Source: Acidimicrobiaceae bacterium (lineage in GTDB: Bacteria; Actinomycetota; Acidimicrobiia; Acidimicrobiales; Aldehydirespiratoraceae). From it: a DNA stretch of 64,000 nt. Below, one piece after another: positions 19,814 to 28,988 of the stretch (the first letter of the stretch is position 1; the number at the start of each line of letters is the position of its first letter). The notes below the pieces were generated by a model, which searched no databases, was not told the origin of the DNA, and saw only the letters and a list, made by a program, of their open reading frames with translations. The position numbers and the translations under genes are program-made. The stretch spans positions 20,378-84,377 of the forward strand of contig JAPOYA010000013.1 in the NCBI GenBank assembly GCA_026706815.1, read 5' to 3'.

Positions 19814-20760
19814 TCTTCGGCCTTACCTTCCCTGAAGCCGCTGTGATCGGTCTGCTCTTCGCCGCCATCCAATTCGGCGCAATGATCTATCTGGCGAGCC
19901 TCGGCGAGATGATCGCGGAGCGCGCCGGAGTGCTCAACCTCGGCGTCGAAGGCATGATGGCCATGGGCGCGGTCGGTGGTTTCGTGTTCGCGATCGAGAC
20001 TGGCAATCCCTGGCTAGGGTTGCTCGCCGCGGCTGTCATCGGTGGCGCGGTGGCGATGATTCACGGGCTGTTTGCGGTGGTACTCGGCGCCAACCAGGTT
20101 GTGAGCGGGCTGGCGCTGACGATCTTCGGGGTCGGTCTGGCCAACTTCTGGGGCACCGATTACGAAGGGCTCCGTCCCGAAGTCCAGTTCGTGGACGTGG
20201 ACTGGGGTCCGCTCAGCGACATTTCCTGGATCGGCCGGATCTTGTTCCAGCAGTCTCCGCTGGCATATTCGGCCGTCTTGTTGGGTTGTCTAACCTGGTT
20301 CGTGTTGAACCGCACGCGCGGGGGTCTGGCGTTGCGGGCCGCCGGCGAGTCGGCCGCAACTGCGGACGCGGCCGGCCACTCGGTTCTTGGTTTGAGGTTG
20401 TTCGCGGTGGCAATCGGAGGAGCGTTCGCGGGAATTGGCGGTGCTTATCTGTCGTTGTCGATCAGCCCGGGGTGGACGGTCGGGGTCGTGGCCGGCAGGG
20501 GTTGGATCGCGGTTGCTCTGGTGATCTTCGGCGCTTGGAAGGTGCGGCGGGTAGCGCTCGGAGCGTTCCTGTTCGGGCTTGCGATGGCATTGCCGAACCG
20601 CACCGAGAGCTTCGACCTGCCCTGGGACCCGATCCTGTGGTCGATGTTGCCGTACATCCTCACAATCGCGGTGATGATCGCCGGTGCGTTGGTGCTGCGC
20701 AACCGCCCGCCGCCGGCGCCGGCCGCTCTCGGTCTGCCGTTCCGGCGAGAAGAGCGCTAG
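19810..20760 (+). CDS. ABC transporter permease (importer 2)
   Basis: 316 aa polytopic protein. A 4-nt overlap joins it to the preceding permease gene. Confidence 0.85.
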   Translation: MIFGLTFPEAAVIGLLFAAIQFGAMIYLASLGEMIAERAGVLNLGVEGMMAMGAVGGFVFAIETGNPWLGLLAAAVIGGAVAMIHGLFAVVLGANQVVSGLALTIFGVGLANFWGTDYEGLRPEVQFVDVDWGPLSDISWIGRILFQQSPLAYSAVLLGCLTWFVLNRTRGGLALRAAGESAATADAAGHSVLGLRLFAVAIGGAFAGIGGAYLSLSISPGWTVGVVAGRGWIAVALVIFGAWKVRRVALGAFLFGLAMALPNRTESFDLPWDPILWSMLPYILTIAVMIAGALVLRNRPPPAPAALGLPFRREER

Positions 20761-20763
20761 GTC

Positions 20764-22137
20764 ATGCCCGCCGACCTGCTCATCGTTGACGCTTCGCTTG
20801 TGGCCACCGCGGATACGCGGCGGCGCGAGATCCCCGGGGGTTGGATTGCCTGCACCGACGGCAAGATCTCTGGGGTCGGTGGGCAAAACGAACCGCAACC
20901 GACGGCCCAGCGAACGATCTCTGCCGACGGGTGTCTGGTCACACCTGGTCTCATCAACACCCACCATCACCTGTTCCAGAATCTGACGCGGGCGTACACG
21001 CCGATGACTTCTGCGCCCCTGTTCGGCTGGCTGCAGACTCTGTATCCGCTGTGGACGGCCGCTCTGGACGAACAAGCTGCCCATGTTTCGACCTGGGTGG
21101 GGCTGGCCGAGCTGGCTTTGAGCGGTTGCACCACTTCGACCGATCACCACTATCTGCATCCGCAGGGCGCTGGCGATCTTCTCAGTGCCCAAGTCGCCGC
21201 AGCGCGTGACATCGGCATGCGCTTTCACCCCACCTACGGCTCAATGAGCCTGTCGGTGAAGGACGGGGGTCTTCCTCCCGACGACGCAGTGCGAGACGAA
21301 GAGTTCATTCTCGCCGAAAGTGAGCGCGCAGTAGCACGGCACCACGACCGCAGCCACGGGGCCATGACCCGAGTCGCTTTGGCTCCCTGTTCTCCTTTCA
21401 CCGTGACCACGGGCCTCATGCAACAGACCGCTGCTCTGGCCGAGGAACTGGATGTGCGCTTGCACACGCATCTGGCCGAGAACGTCGAGGACGACGACTT
21501 CTCTATGGCGACTTACGGGATGCGCTGTGTCGAGCATTTCGAGCATTGCGGCTGGCTCAGCGATCGAAGCTGGGTGGCTCACTGCGTCCGGCCGAACCCC
21601 GACGAAGTCGTCAGGCTTGGAACCGCGGGCGTGGGGATTGCACACTGTCCGAGCTCCAATCTGATTCTCAGTTCTGGTATCGCACCTGTTGCCGAGTTTC
21701 GGGCTGCTGGTTCTCCGGTCGGGTTGGGATGTGACGGTTCCTCCTCGGCTGACTGCGCTTCGCTGTGGCAAGAGGCGCGTCAGGCGATGCTGCTGGGGAA
21801 GCTCCGCAACGGCGCCGATTCGATGCCCGCCCGTTCCGTGCTGGAGATAGCCACCCGCGGCGGGGCTGCGTGTCTCGGTCGTTCCGGTGAACTCGGGGAG
21901 CTGTCACCGGGTGCGGTCGCCGACATCGCGGTTTGGAAACTCGACGGTCCGGCCTTTGCCGGCGTGCTCGACGATCTCATTGAAGGCTGGCTCCGTTGCG
22001 GCCCAGTCGGTGCTCACCACACGATCGTCAACGGCGAATTTGTCGTCCACAACGGCGAGCTCACCTCACCGCGCCTGGAGGAAATGCTGACCACCCACCG
22101 AGCGGTCGCTCGGCGCTTCCAACCCGCTCCAAACTAG
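20764..22137 (+). CDS. amidohydrolase of the ATZ/TRZ - 8-oxoguanine/guanine deaminase-like group
   Basis: 457 aa. The N-terminal LIVDASLV...GLINTHHHLFQNLTRAY and later metal-ligand pattern are typical of this deaminase group. It starts 3 nt after the permease stop. Confidence 0.75.
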   Translation: MPADLLIVDASLVATADTRRREIPGGWIACTDGKISGVGGQNEPQPTAQRTISADGCLVTPGLINTHHHLFQNLTRAYTPMTSAPLFGWLQTLYPLWTAALDEQAAHVSTWVGLAELALSGCTTSTDHHYLHPQGAGDLLSAQVAAARDIGMRFHPTYGSMSLSVKDGGLPPDDAVRDEEFILAESERAVARHHDRSHGAMTRVALAPCSPFTVTTGLMQQTAALAEELDVRLHTHLAENVEDDDFSMATYGMRCVEHFEHCGWLSDRSWVAHCVRPNPDEVVRLGTAGVGIAHCPSSNLILSSGIAPVAEFRAAGSPVGLGCDGSSSADCASLWQEARQAMLLGKLRNGADSMPARSVLEIATRGGAACLGRSGELGELSPGAVADIAVWKLDGPAFAGVLDDLIEGWLRCGPVGAHHTIVNGEFVVHNGELTSPRLEEMLTTHRAVARRFQPAPN

Positions 22138-22163
22138 CTCCGAGTTTGGGGGTGTTGGGCGGT

Positions 22164-23432
22164 TCATATGGGGGGTTTGTGGTGGCGGTGGTGGTAGGAG
22201 CAGCGGGTGGCGGCGTTGGTGTGGGTGGTGGTGCCGCCGTGTTGCCATTCTGTGATGTGGTCGATTTCGCATAATCGGGCGGGCAGGTCGCAGCCGGTGT
22301 GGCTGCAGGTGCGGTCTCGGGCCTGGATTGCTTGGCGCAGGGCTCCGGTGAAGAGCCGGGTGGCGCGTCCGTAGTCCAAGATCACGCCGGGTGATTCATA
22401 GACAAGGCGTCGAATGTGGCCTCTGAGGGCTTGTTCAACAGCTTGTGTCGGTGTGATAACAGCACCGCTGTCGGTTTCACAGAGCCGGCCCTCGGCTTTC
22501 GCGTCGGTGTTGTCAGCACTGGGCGGCGTGTTGTTGAACAGAGTCAGGCCGAGGGTTCCGTTGAGTCCTTGTTCGAAGGCTGGTTTGTCCATGTGGATGA
22601 TCACCAACGGTTCGGGGGTCTTTGCTCCTTCGGGCACTGCGGTGGCGCGCCACGCCATCTCGATGAGCGCATCGGCTCGTCTTTGTGCGGGAGTGCGCCA
22701 TAGCTCAGCGGTGTGTCTGTCGATGTGTTCGCCTTGTGCGTCTTTGAGGTCGTTGTTGAACAGTTCGGCTTCGATGCGGTCCAACGCATTGCGGAACTCC
22801 TCGAAACCGATGGGGTCGAGCCATCCATCGAGGCGGCCCATTCCGTCGAACGTCAGCGACGCATGGAACTCGCGGCGCTGCTCTTTGAACGTTGCGTCTT
22901 GTTGGGCTGCATCAGTGTCGGCGAGGTGTTCCCAATATGACACGGCCTTGTCGAAAGCCGTGTAGGTGAGTGTGCGGGCATGGCCGCACAACAACGCTTC
23001 TGCATCGGCGAAACCCTCGCGCGCGGCTGCTTTGGCCAGCCGACGCGCATGACAGAGACTGATCTCGCCGCCGCTCAAAGCCTCAGACACCACAGGCATG
23101 GTGTTGAGCGAACGTGCCAGATGAACCGTCTGGTTGGTTTCAGCGCGCCGCACCCGGGTGCGGTGCGACAACGCTGCGCCAACGGTTCGGTGACCCGAAA
23201 CCGCCCAGTCTCCCGAGGCGTCATAAGCGGCAACGATCTCAGCTTCCAGCGCTGCCAGCTGTGCTTTCAGTTGCGCGACGCGCACTGCCGAATCAGCCAA
23301 CACAGCACCAGGCAGACCGCCGTATTCGAGCTTGGCCGCCAGTTGCAGCGCGTCAGCAACATCGTCGAGTTCGACAACATGAAACGAGTCTTCGCTGCTC
23401 GGTGTTGGTTGGGCTACCACTGCTGATTTCAT
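22164..23432 (-). CDS. DUF222-type HNH endonuclease (13E12-repeat-like selfish gene)
   Basis: 422 aa. The C-terminus CSHTGCDLPARLCEIDHITEWQHGGTTTHTNAATRCSYHHRHH is an HNH signature, and the long alpha-helical N-terminal region is typical of actinobacterial DUF222 proteins. Confidence 0.8.
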   Translation of the reverse strand: MKSAVVAQPTPSSEDSFHVVELDDVADALQLAAKLEYGGLPGAVLADSAVRVAQLKAQLAALEAEIVAAYDASGDWAVSGHRTVGAALSHRTRVRRAETNQTVHLARSLNTMPVVSEALSGGEISLCHARRLAKAAAREGFADAEALLCGHARTLTYTAFDKAVSYWEHLADTDAAQQDATFKEQRREFHASLTFDGMGRLDGWLDPIGFEEFRNALDRIEAELFNNDLKDAQGEHIDRHTAELWRTPAQRRADALIEMAWRATAVPEGAKTPEPLVIIHMDKPAFEQGLNGTLGLTLFNNTPPSADNTDAKAEGRLCETDSGAVITPTQAVEQALRGHIRRLVYESPGVILDYGRATRLFTGALRQAIQARDRTCSHTGCDLPARLCEIDHITEWQHGGTTTHTNAATRCSYHHRHHKPPI

Positions 23433-23547
23433 TAGTTTTCAGTGTATCAGACTACTATGACAATGTAGTTGAAACACTGGAAGTTATTGAAAATCCTCAC
23501 CGCAAAATCATCAACCAAGCAGAAAAATCGCGCCGGTGGATCCGGGC

Positions 23548-26031
23548 TTAGTTGCTCGGGCATCCCGTGTATTCGGTTCGGTAGTGATACCACGGCATTT
23601 CTATCTGGAACATTTGCCGGCCGAATCCTATGGTGCTCGCAAATTGGAGCAGTTCGTCTGGTATCGGCTCCAACTGCTCGTTGCCATAAAGCGTCAGCAC
23701 GGCAGACTCCCTGAGATAAGGCTCGAATTTGTCCAAGTCGAACCCCGAAGGCAGCGGTCCAGTCAATTCGTTGTCGTGAAGTTGCAGTATCAGAATCGGA
23801 GTGTCGTCGGCGAGTTCGGGCGGTATCGGTCCGGAAAGTTGATTTCCCCCGAGATCCAGGATTGTCAGCCACATGAGGTTTCCCAGTTCAGGGGGGATCG
23901 GGCCCGCAAGGGAATTGTCGCCTAAGTCAAGGTCGTAGAGATAAATCAGGTTTCCCAGCTCGGCAGGTATCGACCCAAACAGATCGTTACCGCCAAGCAA
24001 CAGAGCGTTCAACTCGGTGAGTTCTCCGAGTTCTGGGGGGATCGACCCTGTCAAGTTGTTATCGCCGAGGTCCAGATGGCGCAGGTTGATGAGAGTCGCG
24101 AGTTCTGCCGAAATGGTTCCAGATAGGTCGTTCATGCCTATGGCCAGATGGTCGAGATTGACGAGGTCCAGCAGCTCTAGGGGCATAGAACCAGACAGGT
24201 TGTTGCGACTGAGACCCAGATACCTGAGGTTCGCAAGTCCTGCCAGTTCAGCGGGAACCGGACCTGTGAGGCTGTTGCAGGAGAGATCCAGGGTCGTGAG
24301 GTTGACCAGATTGCCCAATTCTCTAGGGATGGCTCCGCTGAGACCGGAGTTGTTGTCGAGGCGCAACTCCTTGAGGTTGGTGAGGTTGCCAAGCTCGGGC
24401 GGTATCGGTCCTGTAAGGAAAGTGTCGCTGATTTCCAGAACCTCGAGGTTCGAGAGGTTTCCCAACTCAGCAGGGATCGGACCCTCCAAAAAGTTCTGGC
24501 ATTCAACCATCGCGCCACCAGCCCAGAATTTGATCCGAATTCTCTTGAGGTTTGTAAGCTTGCCCAACTCGGCCGGTATAGGACCGTGGAGGCCGCAAGC
24601 AGACAGCGCCTCAAGACCACTGAGGTTGCCAAGATCGGCCGTCAATCTTACCTCTGGATCGATAAAGTCTGGGATGCTGAGCACGTTGACTCGTCCCTCC
24701 TCAACGAACACCCAGTCCCAGTCTTCCAGGGGATTCTCGTCACTCCATATGTTCGAGCGCTGGCTGCCTATCGGCCTCTGGGACTCTTGGCCCTTGAAGA
24801 AACCCCAGAGAGCTTCGCAATCGGCAACTAGCAGATCCAAGGCCTGATCAACCACGACCGACGAGGTGCAGGGTGAGACTTCGCGGTTAAAAGGCGAAAA
24901 ATCCGAGTATTCGATCTCGCGGAGTTCGGACGGAAGAGATCCCGATACCCAGGTGTCGCTGAGGTCTAGATGTTCGAGGTTCGTCAGATTGGCTAGCTCA
25001 GGTGGAAACGCGCCATACAGGATGTTATGGCTGAGATCGAGATGTTTGAGTTTGCTGGCGTCGCCGAGCGTGGAGGGAATCTCGCTGAAGAGATCATTAG
25101 AAGCCAGATTCAAGGTCACCAGGTCATCGAACGGTCCCCTGATTGACCCTTTCAATCGGTTGTTGCTCAAGTTTCCATATTCGAGTTTCGGCAATCCAAC
25201 AAAGGAGGGAAGGAAACCGCCAAGATAGTTGTGGCTCAGGTCGAGATACTTGAGTCTGGTGAACTCTCCAAAAGAGGAGAGATTGTCCCAATATTCGCCC
25301 GACAACAGGTTGTGGCTGAGGTCAAGGTGTTCAAGTCTGGTGAATTCGCCGAGTCCGTGCGGGACCGGTCCTGTGAGTTGATTGTTGCTGAGATCGAGAA
25401 ATTCAAGTTTCGTGAGGTCGGCGAACTCGTTGGGAATGTCCCCCGTCAACCCGTTGTTGCTGAGATCAAGATGTATCAGACTTGTGAGGTTGAGAAAGGG
25501 GAGTCGACCGAATCGGCCACCCAGTTGAAGATTGGAGAGTCGCAACCCGACGACGCGACCGTCAGCGACATCGACTCCCTTCCAGTTCTCCAACGGATTG
25601 GTTGCGCTCCAAGCCGTCGCAGGGTCGGAGAACAGCTGCTGAGCATCCTCAAGCAGATAGAACGCGAACAGCACCTCGCAGTCCTCAACCAAGCCCTCCA
25701 ACGCCTGGTCAACGACGGTAGGAGAAGAGCATGGTGTCGTCGGCGGTTCTAACCCGACGTGCGATGGAACCGGAGATTCAGTCGTCGTGGTGGACTCAAC
25801 CTCGACCGGCGACTCAGTAGTTGTCGACTCAACCTCGGTCGATGACTCAATCGTGCTGGGAGGCGCAACAGTAGGGTCGGGTGCCGCCGTGGTCGGAGCG
25901 GGTGCTGTCGTTTCGTTGTTGTCGGATCGATTCAGGAGCAGCACCGTGCCGATTGCCACCGCTGCGACCACCAGAGCAGACACGAGAGCGAATCGACCGG
26001 CGGTGCTGGGAAAACCCGACGTCCTGCTCAT
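23548..26031 (-). CDS. membrane-anchored surface protein with two plant-type leucine-rich-repeat arrays
   Basis: 827 aa. Order of elements: N-terminal TM helix, Thr/Glu/Pro-rich stalk, then two Cys-containing cap modules (C..VVDQAL..LV.DCE.L...NPLE.W...GRV). Each cap is followed by about 24-aa repeats of form LxxLxxLxLxxNxLxGxIPxELGxL. Confidence 0.85.
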   Translation of the reverse strand: MSRTSGFPSTAGRFALVSALVVAAVAIGTVLLLNRSDNNETTAPAPTTAAPDPTVAPPSTIESSTEVESTTTESPVEVESTTTTESPVPSHVGLEPPTTPCSSPTVVDQALEGLVEDCEVLFAFYLLEDAQQLFSDPATAWSATNPLENWKGVDVADGRVVGLRLSNLQLGGRFGRLPFLNLTSLIHLDLSNNGLTGDIPNEFADLTKLEFLDLSNNQLTGPVPHGLGEFTRLEHLDLSHNLLSGEYWDNLSSFGEFTRLKYLDLSHNYLGGFLPSFVGLPKLEYGNLSNNRLKGSIRGPFDDLVTLNLASNDLFSEIPSTLGDASKLKHLDLSHNILYGAFPPELANLTNLEHLDLSDTWVSGSLPSELREIEYSDFSPFNREVSPCTSSVVVDQALDLLVADCEALWGFFKGQESQRPIGSQRSNIWSDENPLEDWDWVFVEEGRVNVLSIPDFIDPEVRLTADLGNLSGLEALSACGLHGPIPAELGKLTNLKRIRIKFWAGGAMVECQNFLEGPIPAELGNLSNLEVLEISDTFLTGPIPPELGNLTNLKELRLDNNSGLSGAIPRELGNLVNLTTLDLSCNSLTGPVPAELAGLANLRYLGLSRNNLSGSMPLELLDLVNLDHLAIGMNDLSGTISAELATLINLRHLDLGDNNLTGSIPPELGELTELNALLLGGNDLFGSIPAELGNLIYLYDLDLGDNSLAGPIPPELGNLMWLTILDLGGNQLSGPIPPELADDTPILILQLHDNELTGPLPSGFDLDKFEPYLRESAVLTLYGNEQLEPIPDELLQFASTIGFGRQMFQIEMPWYHYRTEYTGCPSN

Positions 26032-26582
26032 TGGTTGGGGCGTTCGCCGTTGATGTGAAATCTCGCCGATGAGGGGGTACCGCGACGAGCTGCGAGCGCT
26101 TCGGGCACGGCGGTGAACGCGACCAGCGCCAGACCTGCGATCATTCCGGACCCGAGCACAAATACAACGCCCCCCGCAGGCCCCTCAGCCATGACCTGTG
26201 TCGGCGTCTGCCCGGCAACTGCGACAAATGACACCGCGGCAAACCCGGCGTTGCCGACGATATGAAGCCACGATGGCGGCGCGTTGACCCGACCGAAACA
26301 GCCACAGGTCGTGGCACCGGTGACGAGGGCTCGCCAAACCACTGCCAAGAACCCGAGGTAGAGAACACCCGTCGCCGCGGCCAACAACGGACCCCCGACC
26401 ACCAGCGCCAAGACGCCGACCGCAGATTCAACCAGCCCGATCACCACTACCACCGCAGGCACCTCGGGCATACCAAAGGAGACCAGAAGATCCGTCGTCG
26501 GTACGGGCCGAATGATCTTCGCGACGCCCGCCAGAATCAAGAGCAGCGCTGCGGCTACGTGCAACGCAACGACGACATCCAT
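26028..26582 (-). CDS. MauE/DoxX-family integral membrane protein
   Basis: 184 aa with multiple TM helices and the TTCGCFG motif I associate with MauE-like proteins. An ATGA overlap joins it to the LRR gene. Confidence 0.6.
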   Translation of the reverse strand: MDVVVALHVAAALLLILAGVAKIIRPVPTTDLLVSFGMPEVPAVVVVIGLVESAVGVLALVVGGPLLAAATGVLYLGFLAVVWRALVTGATTCGCFGRVNAPPSWLHIVGNAGFAAVSFVAVAGQTPTQVMAEGPAGGVVFVLGSGMIAGLALVAFTAVPEALAARRGTPSSARFHINGERPNQ

Positions 26583-26671
26583 CGCCCTGATCGTACCGGT
26601 TCCCCGACTATCGACTCAAAGAAGCAGGCAGCCTTGGATACCCACGGAGTGCTGCACCAATAGAGAGATGA

Positions 26672-28165
26672 TCAGGACTTGGCGCGGCGACGAAGGCCGA
26701 CCACGCCTGCGCCGACGGCGATCGCTGCGGCCGCGCCGATTCCGATGGCGATACCAGTACCCGAACCACCGTCGCCGCCCGATTCCTCGGAGATCTGGGC
26801 AATCGTAGAAGTGGGTGACGGCACCGTTGTGGTGGGTGCCGCTGCGGAGCTCGGCGTTTGTGTCGTCGCCGGTGCCTCCGTAGTTGTGGGTGCCGCTGTG
26901 GCCGCGGTGGTTGTCGTCACCTCGGGTTCCTCGACAACCTCTTCCACGATTCCTCGGAACGGTCCGGAGACCTCATAGGTCCTACCACCGAAGCGGTCCT
27001 CGGTGACCACCATCGGATTGATTTCACCAATGGGACGCGGTGACGGCGCGCGCTGGCTCGAGAAGTAGAGGCGATCGCGACGCGGGTTGAACACCGGTCC
27101 TGTGATCTCAGAGTTGTCCTGATCGACAAGTCGGGCGAACGGCGCGACGACCCCTTCGGGCGTGATGATGACAAGCTCCATGTTTCCGCCGTCCTCGGCC
27201 ACGAAGATGTCGCCGGTTCCGGCGTCGACCGTGAGGTTGTCAACCCCCGACAACACCGCTGTGCCCGCCGCGACATCATCGGGGTTCGGGTCGTAGAGCA
27301 GAGTGTAGACCGAGTTCGCGACATTGATCCCATGGATCTTGTTGTCGAACTTCGTCGCGAAGAAGATCCAATCGTCGAAGTACCAGATGCCCTCACCACC
27401 GAGGAACACGGTCGATTCCGGGACCTGGTGGCGCGGCGGCATTTCCGCTCCCGACGGATCGGGCACCTCGATCCACGACACCGAACCGTTGGCTGCGACC
27501 GCGGCGACCTCCAGCAATCCGCTGCTCAAGTCGGGATAGTTGTCGGGGGTATAGCGGTAGAGGCGCCCGTCGGGCATGTCCTCGGTCTGATAAACCTGCT
27601 CGCGCACAGGATCGACGGCTGCTGCCTCGTGGACGAAAATGCCCATGGCTGCATGGGCTTTCGGCTCGGTGGCGCCGGTCGGGTCGCATTCCCACAGATA
27701 CCCGCCCGAGGCAAACACCTCTTCGCCCGACAGGAACGTCCCCCAGGGAGTCGGCCCGCCACCACAGTTGGAGTTGCTGTTTCGGAGCAGCGGGTACGCA
27801 TCGATGATGTTGCCGTCTGCGTCGTAGTGGATTGCGCTCACACCTGCGGCGCCGGCGAGGAACACCTCACTGTTGACGGTATGAATCCAGCCACCGCTGC
27901 CGTCGTCGAACGTGGCCGCGCCGTCGGGGAAGATGTGCCATTCGAAGTCGGTGTCGCCCACCGGTTCACCGGCGACGGCCACAACACGCGACGTGAAGCC
28001 AGGTGGAAGGATCATCCCGTTGGCATCGGGCGCGATGCCTTCCAAAGAGCCGTAGGGGCTCTCGCCCGATGCTTGGGCCCCGGCGTTAGCCGTTGCCAAA
28101 AGCGGGAAAGCAGTAGCGCCTCCCGCCGCAAAAACACCCGATTGCAAGAATTGACGACGGTCCAT
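26672..28165 (-). CDS. Tat-exported PhoX/DUF839-like beta-propeller protein with C-terminal Thr/Pro stalk and TM anchor
   Basis: Has a twin-arginine motif (MDRRQFLQSG) and the DUF839-like NCGGGPTPWGTFLSGEE. The C-terminus reads TTTAATAAPTTTEAP...GGDGGSGTGIAIGIGAAAAIAVGAGVVGLRRRAKS. Confidence 0.7.
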   Translation of the reverse strand: MDRRQFLQSGVFAAGGATAFPLLATANAGAQASGESPYGSLEGIAPDANGMILPPGFTSRVVAVAGEPVGDTDFEWHIFPDGAATFDDGSGGWIHTVNSEVFLAGAAGVSAIHYDADGNIIDAYPLLRNSNSNCGGGPTPWGTFLSGEEVFASGGYLWECDPTGATEPKAHAAMGIFVHEAAAVDPVREQVYQTEDMPDGRLYRYTPDNYPDLSSGLLEVAAVAANGSVSWIEVPDPSGAEMPPRHQVPESTVFLGGEGIWYFDDWIFFATKFDNKIHGINVANSVYTLLYDPNPDDVAAGTAVLSGVDNLTVDAGTGDIFVAEDGGNMELVIITPEGVVAPFARLVDQDNSEITGPVFNPRRDRLYFSSQRAPSPRPIGEINPMVVTEDRFGGRTYEVSGPFRGIVEEVVEEPEVTTTTAATAAPTTTEAPATTQTPSSAAAPTTTVPSPTSTIAQISEESGGDGGSGTGIAIGIGAAAAIAVGAGVVGLRRRAKS

Positions 28166-28191
28166 GGGTGCGACCGTAGCTGAGATTCCCG

Positions 28192-28974
28192 TTAGTTTCC
28201 CAAGAGACGCTCCCTCAGAAAGGCCACGACCTGATCGAACGACTCCTTGGTGGGGTGACCGGGCGTATCGGAGCGCTCCTCGGTCAGAACGCTGTGGGCG
28301 TTCTTGCTGATCCCATGATCCGTGTCCGGACTCTGAATCTCGATGCCGATGAAGTTCTCCCCCAACGCCTCCCGCAGCGTGGCGAAACGCTCGGCCGGAA
28401 CCATCGGGTCACCCGTGAAGCGCAGCCCCAGGACCGCGCAGCCCTCGGCGGCACGCTCGGCCACCGCCGTCAGCTGCTGCTCATCGAGTCCTGTGTTGGC
28501 GCGTCGTTTCGCGCCGATGGGGAACGGCAGCGTTGGTTGCGAAAGGACCGGGGCGATCACGGCGTCGTCGAGCAGCATCGCCAGCCCGAATCCGCCGGTG
28601 AAACACATTCCCACAAAACCGATGCCGGGCCCGCCGCGGTCGGTGTGAAGCTTGCGGGCTAGGCCGCGGAGCCATTCGGTGGCCTTGGAGCTGTCACGGG
28701 TCGCCATCGCGCGGAACTCGGCGCTGATGCAGGCGCGTGCGAGAGTCCTAGTTATCCGTCCAGTTGTAGGGTCCTTGCCGGGAGTCCCGAACATCGACGG
28801 CATCGCCACCGAAAAACCGGCAGCCAACAGGTCTTCGGCGAAGCGGATTACCTCGGGAGTGATTCCCGGGATTTCCGAGGCCACCAGAACGCCGGGGCCG
28901 TCACCGGCGAGGTAGACGTCGTGAGTGATGCCTGCGTGAGAGAACGGTTCGATACGGAAGTCAGCCAGAGCCAT
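28192..28974 (-). CDS. dienelactone hydrolase family protein
   Basis: Alpha/beta hydrolase with a Cys nucleophile elbow (GFVGMCFTGG). I prefer the ATG at 28974, 15 nt after the mgsC-like stop. The alternative ATG at 29010 would overlap that gene by 22 nt. Confidence 0.7.
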   Translation of the reverse strand: MALADFRIEPFSHAGITHDVYLAGDGPGVLVASEIPGITPEVIRFAEDLLAAGFSVAMPSMFGTPGKDPTTGRITRTLARACISAEFRAMATRDSSKATEWLRGLARKLHTDRGGPGIGFVGMCFTGGFGLAMLLDDAVIAPVLSQPTLPFPIGAKRRANTGLDEQQLTAVAERAAEGCAVLGLRFTGDPMVPAERFATLREALGENFIGIEIQSPDTDHGISKNAHSVLTEERSDTPGHPTKESFDQVVAFLRERLLGN

Positions 28975-28988
28975 CGGAGTATTCTCGG

